From assembly GCA_963662945.1 (NCBI GenBank), contig OY759974.1, positions 2,400,001 to 2,464,000 on the forward strand: a stretch of DNA of 64,000 nucleotides, in the 5' to 3' direction. Origin of the DNA: Arcobacteraceae bacterium (GTDB taxonomy: Bacteria > Campylobacterota > Campylobacteria > Campylobacterales > Arcobacteraceae). Shown one piece after another: positions 1-10,255 of the stretch. A program made the translations under genes and the position numbers. Below the pieces are notes generated by a model that made no database searches, was not told where the DNA came from, and saw only the letters and a program-made list of their open reading frames with translations. The first letter of the stretch is position 1, and each line of letters opens with the position of its first letter.

Positions 1-1
1 T

Positions 2-373
2 GCTGCTGGTGCTTCATTTGTAGCAAGAGAAACTATGCTTGATCCTAAAAAACTAGAAAGAACTTTAGTTAAAGGTTTTGAACATAGAGGATTTAGTTTC
101 TTTGATGTTATGTCTAACTGTCATATTAATCTTGGTAGAAAAAATAAAATGCAATCAGCTATGGAAAACTTAGACTGGATTGATTCTATTACAACTCCAT
201 TAAGTAAATATGAACAATTATCTCCTGAAGAGCAATTAAATATGTTCCCAACAGGTGTTTTAAAACATGATACAAATGTAAGAGAATACTGTGATATGTA
301 CGAAGATATTAAAGCTGTACAACAAGGTAAACGAAAAGTTATTACTCAAGATGACTTTGAGAAAAAAATATAA
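2..373 (+). CDS. oorB: 2-oxoglutarate:acceptor oxidoreductase beta subunit (5'-truncated by window edge)
   Basis: Frame is open from base 2 (AAGASFVARET...). The C-terminal beta-subunit motif GFSFFDVMSNCHINLGRKN is present, directly upstream of the gamma subunit. Confidence 0.88.
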   Translation, partial: AAGASFVARETMLDPKKLERTLVKGFEHRGFSFFDVMSNCHINLGRKNKMQSAMENLDWIDSITTPLSKYEQLSPEEQLNMFPTGVLKHDTNVREYCDMYEDIKAVQQGKRKVITQDDFEKKI

Positions 374-382
374 GGAGACACT

Positions 383-946
383 ATGGCTAGAACATTAATG
401 AGATTTACAGGTGTTGGTGGACAAGGTGTTCTTCTTGCTGGTGAGATTTTTGCAGCTGCAAAAATCAAAACTGGTGGACACGGACTAAAAACAGCTACAT
501 ATACATCACAAGTAAGAGGTGGACCAACTGTTGTTGATATCACTTTAGATGATGAAGAGATTTTTTACCCTTATGCAAATGATGGAGAGATTGACTTTAT
601 GCTTTCTGTTGCACAAGTAAGTTTTGACCTGTTTAAAGGTGGGGTATCTGAGGGTGGTACAATTGTTATTGAACCAAACCTTGTAAAAGCTACAGAAGAA
701 GATAGAAAAAAATGGAATATCGTAGAGATACCAATTATTACTATAGCAAAAGAAGAGGTTGGTAATGTTATTACTCAATCTGTTATTGCTCTTGCTATTG
801 CTAATAACTTTATGAGTGCTATTGATAAAGACGTTCTTAGAGAAGTTATGCTTTCTAAAGTACCTGCAAAAGTACATGATGTAAATATTAAAGCGTATGA
901 TTTAGGATATAAATATTCTGATGAAGCAAAAGCTGCAATGAAATAA
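383..946 (+). CDS. oorC: 2-oxoglutarate:acceptor oxidoreductase gamma subunit
   Basis: N-terminal RFTGVGGQGVLLAG and TYTSQVRGG motifs; RBS AAGGAG. Confidence 0.92.
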   Translation: MARTLMRFTGVGGQGVLLAGEIFAAAKIKTGGHGLKTATYTSQVRGGPTVVDITLDDEEIFYPYANDGEIDFMLSVAQVSFDLFKGGVSEGGTIVIEPNLVKATEEDRKKWNIVEIPIITIAKEEVGNVITQSVIALAIANNFMSAIDKDVLREVMLSKVPAKVHDVNIKAYDLGYKYSDEAKAAMK

Positions 947-963
947 TTTTCTTTTATAGATAT

Positions 964-998
964 AAAAAAAGGGTGCTATGTTTATAGCACCCTTTTTT
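964..998. terminator. Bidirectional rho-independent terminator
   Basis: A7-GGGTGCTAT-gttt-ATAGCACCC-T6, between convergent oorC and the acidic small ORF. Confidence 0.85.
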
Positions 999-1013
999 AT
1001 TGTTTGCTAGTAG

Positions 1014-1154
1014 TTAATTATCATTTTCATAAAAATCTTCGTCATCATCCTCATTTTCATCGTCAAAACCATTAATCCCATATAAATCATCTTCGTAGTC
1101 TGGGAAATAATCGTCTAAAATATCATCTTCATCTTCAAAATCATCATCATACAT
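1014..1154 (-). CDS. 46-aa hyperacidic small protein (not in ORF track)
   Basis: Manual translation MYDDDFEDEDDILDDYFPDYEDDLYGINGFDDENEDDDEDFYENDN*. RBS AAGGAG 6 nt upstream of ATG; terminator follows. Confidence 0.75.
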   Translation of the reverse strand: MYDDDFEDEDDILDDYFPDYEDDLYGINGFDDENEDDDEDFYENDN

Positions 1155-1275
1155 AGGTTACTCCTTTGAGGTTATAATTTAATATTCAAAATATATCATT
1201 TTTGAGATAAAAAAAGAGTCTGTATGATGTTTAATATTAATACCCAAAAATCTTCATAAGTATTTTTGATATACA

Positions 1276-1372
1276 CCCAAACTGCAAGTTGGGGATGAGG
1301 GAAGTATTTGTGTTTGGTTGGAGTGATGAGTTTTTAGTATGTATCCCCAACTACAAGTTGGGAACGAGGGAA
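1276..1372. repeat. Two degenerate 28-bp direct repeats with internal palindrome (REP-like)
   Basis: cccaaactgcaagttggggatgagggaa (1276-1303) and ccccaactacaagttgggaacgagggaa (1345-1372) are 24/28 identical. Copy 2 contains the hairpin CCCAAC-tacaa-GTTGGG. Confidence 0.6.
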
Positions 1373-1392
1373 ATATGAGGGAGAATATTTAA

Positions 1393-2274
1393 TTATATTC
1401 CTTCATTGTCAAAAAAATCATTATCTAATATTTTAACTTCGTAATAACTTTGAACTTGTACACCTACATTGTACTTATGCATTAAATCTACTAGTTTAGA
1501 GCCACTAATTAAAATAATTGTATGGTGTGCTTCTTTTGCTTTAATTTTAGCATTTTCATCAAAAGAAGATGTTGTAACAAAAATACCTTTTCTTGTGTCT
1601 CCGCTCATTGCACCAATAAAGTTTCTTATATCAGTTTCTCTTACTTTATTTTCACTATATCTTTTAGCTTGAATATATATTTTTTCTAATCCTAGTTGAT
1701 CTTCGTTAATTATACCATCAATTCCACCATCTCTTGATTTAGTTGTTTCAACAAAATCTCCATACCCCATTTTTTTCAAAAGTATTAAAATGATTTTTTC
1801 AAAGGCATAAGGATCCACCTCTTTAAGTTTTGTAAGTAATTCATCTTTAATTTCACTTTCAATTTTAGCAATTCCTGAATCAATTAAATCTTGAGGAGTA
1901 GCATTGTTTTGAACATCTATATTTGAAGTATTACTTGGTTGCTCTGGTTCATAAAATGATATAACATTTGATTCAATTTGTTGTAAAGATAAATTGTTAG
2001 GATTAACCTTTTTACCTTTTTCAGTAATTTGAATGTGCCCTCTTTGCGGATAATGAACTAGTCCACCTTTTTTTAAATAAGATTTCCCCCAAGCTATTCT
2101 ATTTTCAATTAATCTACCACCACTCTTTGTCGTTTGTGATAATAATTCACTAGGTAAATTTTTATAGTATTTTTCTTCAACTTTTTTAATTAAATCTCTA
2201 CTTTTTAATATTTGACCATCTTTTAAGATTTCAAGTATAGGTAAAAAAGTTTCATTAAATTTTGGTATTTCCAT
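1393..2274 (-). CDS. mrr: Mrr-family type IV restriction endonuclease
   Basis: Mrr N-terminal wHTH (ENRIAWGKSYLKKGGL) and catalytic motifs DGGIDG...YIQAKRY...GIFVTTSSF. Confidence 0.92.
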   Translation of the reverse strand: MEIPKFNETFLPILEILKDGQILKSRDLIKKVEEKYYKNLPSELLSQTTKSGGRLIENRIAWGKSYLKKGGLVHYPQRGHIQITEKGKKVNPNNLSLQQIESNVISFYEPEQPSNTSNIDVQNNATPQDLIDSGIAKIESEIKDELLTKLKEVDPYAFEKIILILLKKMGYGDFVETTKSRDGGIDGIINEDQLGLEKIYIQAKRYSENKVRETDIRNFIGAMSGDTRKGIFVTTSSFDENAKIKAKEAHHTIILISGSKLVDLMHKYNVGVQVQSYYEVKILDNDFFDNEGI

Positions 2275-2314
2275 TATTTCTCCGATATTTATTATTTGTG
2301 CAATAATTTATATT

Positions 2315-4129
2315 TTATACAATTCCCCAATAATCAATAAACTCATCATCCACATCTATAATCTTTCTCTTTCTCAAATCCTCAATCACACTTGTTGTAC
2401 ACACAACATCATCTGGCCATCTTCGCTGAAAGTTATCATGTGAGTTTTTATTTGTAGCATCTATACTTATTGTATGCCCATCTATATAGATATCTCTATT
2501 GCTATCTATATTGTTTACAACTCTCCATACTAGCATATATGGATTGTCTAAAGTATTGTTTTTCTCATCTACTATTGCTAATATTTTGATATGTGAGAAT
2601 AGGGGTTTTAGTTCCTCTATGAGGTACTTTTGACTTCTGTTTTTTTCTACACTTATTACTACTATTGGATTCTTTGTATTTGTGTAGTATTGTTTTAAAC
2701 CTTTGATATCTTTTGAGATATTTTGCATCTTTTCTAAGAGTAGGGTATCTTCTAAAACGTCAATACCAAGTTCCTCTATCTCATCCCCTGTACAATCAAC
2801 TCCAAGCTTTCCACCAATAGCAAACTTAGGACTACTATGGTCAAGTGCATCTACTACACCTTTTGTGATAAGGAGTTCTTCTGCATTTACTCTATTTAAG
2901 ATATATGGGATAATCTCATCACTAGATAACTCTGGTGCATCTTGATTTACGAAAATTGCATGTTTTACAAAACTCATCTGACCTACACCCCAAAATGCAT
3001 GCATAATTTGTTGTGCGTGACCTGGGTAGGCTGTTTTTATTTTTCCTAAGATAAGGTTGTGAAATACACCATTTTCAGGCATATAGTAATCACATAAATC
3101 AGGGGCTGTAGTTTGAAGTAGTGGAAGGAATATTCTCTCTGTAGCATGACCCATATATTTATCTTCTAAAAGCGGTTTCCCTACAACAGTTGCTGCAAAT
3201 ACTGGGTTTTTCTTAGATGTGATGGCTGTTACTTCTAAAAATGGATACTCCTCTTCTAGGGTATAATATCCAGTATGATCTCCAAAAGGTCCTTCAATTC
3301 GCATATTCTCAACATCTACAAACCCCTCTATTACAAAGTCCACATCGTGTGGTACATAGATGTCATTAGTTATAGATTTTACAAGTTTTGCATTTTCTTT
3401 TTTTACAAAACCATAAAGCATGAGTTCAAATACACCAATAGGAAGTGGAGCTTGTCCACACCAAATATACATAGGATCACCACCGATACCAATACTTACA
3501 GGCATTTTTTTGCCAGCTTTTTTATACTCGTGGAAGAAGTGGTTTGAGTCTTTATGGATTTGCCAATGCATCCCTAAAGTTTGGTCATCATACACTTGCA
3601 GTCTATACATCCCTACATTGTGCATCTTTCCATCTAAGCTTGTTGTATACACTTGCCCCATAGTGATGAATGGACCTCCATCTTGCTCCCAAGTAGTAAG
3701 GATTGGTAAGTCACTAAGTTTTGCTTCACTTCCTGTTTTTATAATCTGTTGACATTCCCCTTTCCCACTTAATCTTTTTGGAAATACCGATTTGAGATTG
3801 AAAAGTTGCCCAAACATAGAGAGCTTATCCATAAAACCACTTGGTGGTTTCATCTTCAATAGGCTTTGAATCTCAGCTGCTATTGTATCCCCATCTCCTA
3901 TGAAAAGCTCTACCGCTTCTTCATTACAAAAAACATTCATTAAAACAGGTGTTGTAAACTCTTTATGATTTTTTTTATCTATAGGATTTGTAAAAAGAAG
4001 CGCTTTGCTATCCTCTTTTTTTACTTCTATATAGGCAATATGTGGAATCTCTAAGTAAATATCAAGAGGTTCATCGATAACTTTTAGTAAATTGTGTTGT
4101 TTTAATTGTTTTATTATTTTATCTTCCAT
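2315..4129 (-). CDS. Menaquinone biosynthesis decarboxylase (UbiD family, futalosine pathway)
   Basis: UbiD motifs NVGMYRLQV, EGPFGDHTGYY and VVGKP..ED. Start moved to ATG 4129 (MEDKII), which follows a TATAAT box. Confidence 0.88.
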   Translation of the reverse strand: MEDKIIKQLKQHNLLKVIDEPLDIYLEIPHIAYIEVKKEDSKALLFTNPIDKKNHKEFTTPVLMNVFCNEEAVELFIGDGDTIAAEIQSLLKMKPPSGFMDKLSMFGQLFNLKSVFPKRLSGKGECQQIIKTGSEAKLSDLPILTTWEQDGGPFITMGQVYTTSLDGKMHNVGMYRLQVYDDQTLGMHWQIHKDSNHFFHEYKKAGKKMPVSIGIGGDPMYIWCGQAPLPIGVFELMLYGFVKKENAKLVKSITNDIYVPHDVDFVIEGFVDVENMRIEGPFGDHTGYYTLEEEYPFLEVTAITSKKNPVFAATVVGKPLLEDKYMGHATERIFLPLLQTTAPDLCDYYMPENGVFHNLILGKIKTAYPGHAQQIMHAFWGVGQMSFVKHAIFVNQDAPELSSDEIIPYILNRVNAEELLITKGVVDALDHSSPKFAIGGKLGVDCTGDEIEELGIDVLEDTLLLEKMQNISKDIKGLKQYYTNTKNPIVVISVEKNRSQKYLIEELKPLFSHIKILAIVDEKNNTLDNPYMLVWRVVNNIDSNRDIYIDGHTISIDATNKNSHDNFQRRWPDDVVCTTSVIEDLRKRKIIDVDDEFIDYWGIV

Positions 4130-4365
4130 GGAAATTATTATATCAAAGTGAGGCACGAAACTTCCTGAAAACGAGCTGGAATTTTCCTGAAAAACAACTA
4201 TAAATTAATATGATTTTAGTATCTCTTAATAGTATTTTTTGACAAATTCAAAAAAAGAAAACAATTCAGATTAACTCAGTAGTACCTAACAATGAATATG
4301 TAATAATATTCGAAAGTAAATAGTATTCATTATGGCGTAAAATTAGAAATAAGGTTTTTTTAGGT

Positions 4366-6342
4366 ATGATAGATAGGATAAATAAGTTACATGTAGATTC
4401 TGCAGATATTAAGATGTTGTATGTAGAAGATGACTTAGTAGCACAAGAACAAACTTTAGAATTTCTAAAAAAAATATTTGATAATCTTTATATTGCCAAT
4501 GATGGAAAAGAGGGTTTAAATAAATTCCAAGATAATGAAATAGATATGGTTATTACAGCCATAGATATACCAAAATTAAATGGAATGGAGATGCTCAAAA
4601 AGATAAAAAAGCAGAATCAAAACTGTCATACTATAGTTTTATCCAAACACAATGAAGCTGATATATTACTTCAATCTATCCAACTTAATGTAGATGGATA
4701 TATTTTAAAACCTCTTGATTTTGAGCAACTCCTTGATACTATAGAAAAAGTGGTTGAAAAATTTAAATTTGAATACGAAGCAAAAAATCACGAATATTAC
4801 CTTGAACAATATTTATCGCTTCTTGATAAAAGTGGTGTTATCTCTAAAACAGATACAGAAGGTGTTATCACTTATGTAAATGATAGTTTTTGTAAGATAA
4901 GTGGATATAAAAGAGAGGAACTCATAGGGCAAAAACATAGTATCACAAGACATCATGAAAATACAAATGACATATATGAAGAGATGTGGAATAATATAAA
5001 AATTAAAGAGGAGCCTTGGGAAGGGGTTGTTAAAAATAAATCAAAAAGTGGAAGTTCCTACTATGTAAGAACCATTATTACCCCTATTAAAGATATTAAA
5101 GGTGAAGTTGTAGAGTATGTGGCTGTTAGAGATAATTTAAATGCTATTATAGATGATAAAAAATACCTTTTTGAACAAATAGAGGAAAATCACCTCTCAA
5201 TTTTAGTTTTACTCCAAATAGATGAATTTGATATGCTAGAAAAATTTTATAATGCTGCGACAGTTGATCAAGTGGAGAAAAATTTTGCACTTAACCTTTT
5301 GTCGTATCTTCCTCAAGAATATAGATTTGAAAATGTTTATGCAATGGGGAATGGGGCTTTCGCTTTATTGACAGAGTTTAATGATTTTCATGATACGAAA
5401 CTTAATATTGATGAGTATCTTAATAAATTTGTGGATAATGTAAAAAATTCTCATTTAGAATTTGATGATATAGAGTTTGATATTCATATTACTGTAAGCT
5501 ATGCTATTGGGAAGTTTATGCTTTATGAAGATGCAAAAGAGGGACTAGATAATGCTTTAAAAGCAAAAACAAAAGTGAATTTTTCAAATGACTCTTCTAT
5601 TGTTGCTTCACAAGAAGCAAAAGAAAATTTAGAGATGATTAGAACTGTAAAAATTGCACTGGATAACTATAATGTAGTCTCATACTTTCAACCAATTATA
5701 AATAACAAAACAAAAGAAGTTGAAAAATATGAATCATTGGTGAGACTGATTGATGAAAGTGGGGAGATACTTTCTCCATTTCATTTTTTACATATCTCTA
5801 AAAAAGGGAACTATTACAGTAAAATAACCCAAAGGGTGTTAGAAAATTCTTTTAAAATTTTACATACTATAAATACAAAACTTTCTATAAATATCTCAGC
5901 TAAGGATATAGAAAAAGAGCAAACTAGGATACAAATATTTGCCCTTTTAGAGCAATATAAAGATGATGCACATAGAATAGTTTTTGAACTTTTAGAAGAT
6001 GAAAATGTAACTGATTTAAAGATGATCAAAGATTTTATTTACGAGGTAAAAAGCAAAGGGGTTCAAATAGCTATTGATGATTTTGGTGCAGGATATTCTA
6101 ATTTTGAAAGAATCCTTGAATTTGACCCAGATATAGTTAAAATAGATGGCTCTTTGGTAAAAAACATAGAAAATGATACTTTTAGTAGAAATATAGTTGA
6201 GACAATAGTTCTTTTTGCTAAAAAACAGAATATTGAAACTATTGCAGAATATGTGGAAAATGAAACAATTTTTAATATTCTAAATGAGATAGGAGTTGAT
6301 TATTCACAAGGATATTATTTTGGAAAGCCAGAAGAGTTATAG
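4366..6342 (+). CDS. REC-PAS-(degenerate GGDEF)-EAL c-di-GMP phosphodiesterase
   Basis: Receiver (LYVEDD...KP), PAS (ITYVNDSFCKISGY), EAL domain (YESLVR, IDDFGAGYS, IVKIDG, AEYVE, QGYYFGKP). No intact GGDEF motif. Confidence 0.88.
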   Translation: MIDRINKLHVDSADIKMLYVEDDLVAQEQTLEFLKKIFDNLYIANDGKEGLNKFQDNEIDMVITAIDIPKLNGMEMLKKIKKQNQNCHTIVLSKHNEADILLQSIQLNVDGYILKPLDFEQLLDTIEKVVEKFKFEYEAKNHEYYLEQYLSLLDKSGVISKTDTEGVITYVNDSFCKISGYKREELIGQKHSITRHHENTNDIYEEMWNNIKIKEEPWEGVVKNKSKSGSSYYVRTIITPIKDIKGEVVEYVAVRDNLNAIIDDKKYLFEQIEENHLSILVLLQIDEFDMLEKFYNAATVDQVEKNFALNLLSYLPQEYRFENVYAMGNGAFALLTEFNDFHDTKLNIDEYLNKFVDNVKNSHLEFDDIEFDIHITVSYAIGKFMLYEDAKEGLDNALKAKTKVNFSNDSSIVASQEAKENLEMIRTVKIALDNYNVVSYFQPIINNKTKEVEKYESLVRLIDESGEILSPFHFLHISKKGNYYSKITQRVLENSFKILHTINTKLSINISAKDIEKEQTRIQIFALLEQYKDDAHRIVFELLEDENVTDLKMIKDFIYEVKSKGVQIAIDDFGAGYSNFERILEFDPDIVKIDGSLVKNIENDTFSRNIVETIVLFAKKQNIETIAEYVENETIFNILNEIGVDYSQGYYFGKPEEL

Positions 6343-6351
6343 CTATTCTGG

Positions 6352-7626
6352 TTAGATATTTCTTTCAATTTTTTTTTCTAATAACTCAAGATGAACAATA
6401 AGATTATAATATTCTCCTTTGTATGAAAGAGGAACTTGTGTTTTTGTTTGTATTTCATCTTTTAAAGTTTCTATCTCTTTTTTTATTTCATCTCGATTTT
6501 CATTATTGTTTATTTTTCTGTTAAGTATGTCTAGTTTTTCATACCATCGATATATTTTAGCACGTGTAGTTATAACATATAAAGGGATGATACTTTTAAA
6601 TAGAGGAATAATAAGCCAAATAAGTGGGATGATAAGAAGTTTTAGTCTATCAATATTTGAAGCCACCCAATATGGAAATATCTTTTCAAGCCAAGATTCT
6701 CCATTGAGCAAGTAAAGTTCTGCATCATCATTTATAACAGTATCTATATGTTTTGAATTTAAAAATTCATCTGCATTTTGGAAAAATGTTTTTCCTCCAT
6801 GGATTTGTTGTACTTTTTTTAAGAAGATTCTTATAAGTTCACCAGGTAGATCTGGATTACACACAAGGTTTTGTGTTGTACTTAATAGATTTACATCTTT
6901 TGATGGAAGATTTTTGTATAAATCAATACTTCCCTCATACAGTTTTAATGCAATAAGATAATCAAATTTTTGTGTATAAGCATTGATCCGTTTTAAACTC
7001 ATTAGTTCTATATCAGGGTCTGCAAGAAGTGCTTGAATATTTGGATTGTCTTTTGTAGCAAGTGTTATAAAAATATCTATTTTTTTATTTTTAAGTTGTT
7101 TTAATGCATCTTCATCATAGATATAAGTTGTATTTACATTCTCTATTAAACCATTTGATAGAGAAAGTTTTTGTGCTAAATCATAGGTACCATCATTTGT
7201 CATACTGATACCTAAATTTTTTCCTGTAGCTTCAATAAGATAATTTAAACTATAACCATCATTTCTATAAAATATCCAAAGTGGTTCATAATATACACTA
7301 GCTAGAGATTCAAAGTTATATTCTCTTTTGTTTATAAGTAATCCACTATGTACAAATCCTATATCAGCTTTTTTTGTATCTAGATATCCAATAGTGTCTA
7401 AACTACCAAGAGTAGGTATCACTTCAAGATCAACACCTTCTGGTTCTAGAAGTGCCTTATAAGAGATGGCATAAGCATAGCTATCACTCCCCACAGCACC
7501 AGTTGCAATTCTAAGTGTTTTTTTAGCTACTGGGGCAGTAAGTTGAATATATACAAAAGAGATTATTAATAAGATAATAAATATGATAATCCAAACTTTT
7601 GAAATATTGTCAAATATTTTTTTCAT
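6352..7626 (-). CDS. TAXI-family TRAP solute-binding protein with C-terminal TM and coiled coil
   Basis: LRIATGAVGSDSY, TLGSLD and SVYYEPLWIFYR motifs. Confidence 0.75.
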   Translation of the reverse strand: MKKIFDNISKVWIIIFIILLIISFVYIQLTAPVAKKTLRIATGAVGSDSYAYAISYKALLEPEGVDLEVIPTLGSLDTIGYLDTKKADIGFVHSGLLINKREYNFESLASVYYEPLWIFYRNDGYSLNYLIEATGKNLGISMTNDGTYDLAQKLSLSNGLIENVNTTYIYDEDALKQLKNKKIDIFITLATKDNPNIQALLADPDIELMSLKRINAYTQKFDYLIALKLYEGSIDLYKNLPSKDVNLLSTTQNLVCNPDLPGELIRIFLKKVQQIHGGKTFFQNADEFLNSKHIDTVINDDAELYLLNGESWLEKIFPYWVASNIDRLKLLIIPLIWLIIPLFKSIIPLYVITTRAKIYRWYEKLDILNRKINNNENRDEIKKEIETLKDEIQTKTQVPLSYKGEYYNLIVHLELLEKKIERNI

Positions 7627-7787
7627 AATAGTACCTTTTGTATATATAAATCGTTACAATAAAGAGAAACTATTGTACTATAATTGAATTAAATTTGATA
7701 TTAGTAATAAAATAAATGCTACAATATTTAGAAGTGAAGGTAGGTTTGAGAATAAACTTTAATATATAGTTAAGAAGGAAAATATTT

Positions 7788-9815
7788 ATGGGTGAGATGT
7801 CTATTGCAACAAAAATATTTGTTGTTGTTTTAGTTGAAATTATTATATCAACTGTTATTCTAACAACACAGTCTACGCATACCATAAAAAATATGGCAAA
7901 TGATGATATTCAAAGATATGAAACACAAGTGATTGAAGCAAAGAAACTGTCTCTTCAAAACTATGTTGAACTTGCCAAAGATGTACTTCAGTTATATAAA
8001 AATAAAGTAACTTCTACTACAACAGAAGAACAATTACTGCAAATAAAGAATGATGCAGTAAAAGCTATAGACTCAATGTTATATGGGGATGATACTGGAT
8101 ATATTTTTGTATGGACATTTGATGGTGTACCTTTAGCATACAATACACGACCAGATTTAGTTGGTAAAAATCTTTTGAATATTCAAGGGGGTGGCGGTAA
8201 ATTTGTTATAAAAGATCTTATAAAAATTGCTAAAGAAACAGATGGTGGTTTTTATGAATATCAGTGGAGAACTGTTAAAGATAGTCCTTATCAAAGAAAA
8301 ATTTCTTATGTTTATGGAGATAAAGATTGGAAATGGATGATAGGTACAGGGGAATATTTAGCCAATGAAGAATTAGAGATAGCCTATAAGAAAGAACAAA
8401 TACTGACTAATACAAAACATTTGGTTAATACAACTTTATTGAGTGCTCTAGCACTTATTTTAATAGTAGCACTTATTTTATTTATAGTAATGAAAAGTAT
8501 TATAAATAAACCACTTCAAAATTTACAAAATGGATTAGATAATTTTTTTGCATTTTTAAAGAATAAAGAAAAAAAGATTTTGCCCATAAAAATCATTTCA
8601 AATGATGAAATAGGCAATATGACACAATCAATCAATGAAAACATAAGTGTAAGTGCACAACTACATAAAGATATAGAAGAACAAAAGTTACGATTTCAAC
8701 TAGCAATAGAAGGTTCTAATGACGGTTTGTTTGACTGGGATGTGGCACATGATACTATTTATTTTTCTTCAAGATGGAAGTCTATGTTGGGATATGAAAA
8801 AGAGGAGATAGAAGATAGTTTCAATGAATGGTTAAAAAGAGTACATATTGATGATAAAGAAACTTTACAAAATGATATTACGGCACATTTTGAAGGTAAA
8901 ACAGAAGTATATGAAAATACACATAGATTACAACATAAGAATGGAAGTTGGGTATGGATACTTTCAAGAGGAAAAGCTCATAGAGATAATACAGGTAAAG
9001 TTATTCGAATGGTTGGTTCTCATTCTGATGTAACAGAGATCACAAATTATAGAAACTCTTTACAACAAAAAGTACAAGAACAATTAGAAATTATACGCTC
9101 TCAAGATCATCAATTACTCGAACAAGCAAAACTGGCATCACTTGGAGGTATGCTTTCTAATATAGCGCATCAATGGAGTCAGCCACTTCATATTATCTCA
9201 ACAAGCGTATCAAATATTATGCTTCAAAAGGAATTTGATGAATTAACGTTAGATGAAGTAGTTGAACATATGGAAATAATCACAAAACAGATTGAGTATT
9301 TATCTAATACAATAGAAACATTTAGAGGTTTTGTAAGTGAAGATGAAAATTTTAAGGAGCTTAATCTTCAAAAAGCAATAACATCAACTTTAGATATTGT
9401 TCGTTCCTCTTTTGAAAATGATTCTATAGAGATTCAAGATATGTTGGATTATAAACAAAATACGATATTAGAGTTAAGTGAAAGTGGTTTATCTCAAGTA
9501 CTTTTAAATATTTTTACAAATGCCAAAGATATTTTGATAAAAAATAAAATTAAAAATCCTTGGGTGAAAATAATCTTAGAAGATAATGAAGATGAAATAA
9601 TTCTTTCTATAGAAGATAATGGTGGTGGTATTGCACAAAATGATATTAAAAAAGTATTTGAGCCATATTTTACTACAAAACATAAGGCACAAGGTATTGG
9701 TCTTAGTCTTCATACAAGTTATAAAATAGTAACGGAAAGTTTTCATGGAAAACTTTATGTAAAAAATACAGAAAATGGAGCAAAGTTTTTTATAGAGTTA
9801 CCTAGAAAAAGATAA
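7788..9815 (+). CDS. Cache/HAMP/PAS sensor histidine kinase
   Basis: Cache (GYIFVW...WMIGTGEY), PAS (DGLFDWD), H-box IAHQW, HATPase boxes DNGGGI, FEPYFTTK and GIGL. Confidence 0.9.
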   Translation: MGEMSIATKIFVVVLVEIIISTVILTTQSTHTIKNMANDDIQRYETQVIEAKKLSLQNYVELAKDVLQLYKNKVTSTTTEEQLLQIKNDAVKAIDSMLYGDDTGYIFVWTFDGVPLAYNTRPDLVGKNLLNIQGGGGKFVIKDLIKIAKETDGGFYEYQWRTVKDSPYQRKISYVYGDKDWKWMIGTGEYLANEELEIAYKKEQILTNTKHLVNTTLLSALALILIVALILFIVMKSIINKPLQNLQNGLDNFFAFLKNKEKKILPIKIISNDEIGNMTQSINENISVSAQLHKDIEEQKLRFQLAIEGSNDGLFDWDVAHDTIYFSSRWKSMLGYEKEEIEDSFNEWLKRVHIDDKETLQNDITAHFEGKTEVYENTHRLQHKNGSWVWILSRGKAHRDNTGKVIRMVGSHSDVTEITNYRNSLQQKVQEQLEIIRSQDHQLLEQAKLASLGGMLSNIAHQWSQPLHIISTSVSNIMLQKEFDELTLDEVVEHMEIITKQIEYLSNTIETFRGFVSEDENFKELNLQKAITSTLDIVRSSFENDSIEIQDMLDYKQNTILELSESGLSQVLLNIFTNAKDILIKNKIKNPWVKIILEDNEDEIILSIEDNGGGIAQNDIKKVFEPYFTTKHKAQGIGLSLHTSYKIVTESFHGKLYVKNTENGAKFFIELPRKR

Positions 9816-9817
9816 CT

Positions 9818-10255
9818 TTATATACCAATATCTTCATTCCATAGTGCAGGATTATTTTTGATAAATGTTTCCATAAGTTGGCAACATTCACTGTTATTTA
9901 CTACAGATATTTCTACACCTCTTGATTTTACATATTCTTCTGGTCCACGAAAAGTGTGGTTTTCGCCTATAATTACTTTAGGAATACCATATAGTAAAAT
10001 TGCACCACTACACATATCACAGGGAGATAATGTAGAGTAGAGTGTTGCTTTTTGATAATCAGAGGCACTAAGACGTCCAGCATTTTCTAAACAATCTATT
10101 TCGGCGTGTAGTATGGAACTTCCATTTTGTACTCGTTTATTATGTCCTCGTCCTACTATTTTATTGTCAATTACAAGTACAGCCCCAATAGGTATACCAC
10201 CTTCTTGTAACCCTTTTTTTGCTTCTTCTATGGCAGCATCTAAATATTTATCCAT
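9818..10255 (-). CDS. Cytosine/nucleoside deaminase (Fcy1-like)
   Basis: HAE...SPCDMC zinc motifs; C-terminal WNEDIG. Confidence 0.85.
   Translation of the reverse strand: MDKYLDAAIEEAKKGLQEGGIPIGAVLVIDNKIVGRGHNKRVQNGSSILHAEIDCLENAGRLSASDYQKATLYSTLSPCDMCSGAILLYGIPKVIIGENHTFRGPEEYVKSRGVEISVVNNSECCQLMETFIKNNPALWNEDIGI

Noticed and set aside
4151-4166. Sigma54 promoter (AGGCACGAAACTTCCT)
   Set aside because: The -24 half fits, but the invariant GC at -12 is CC.
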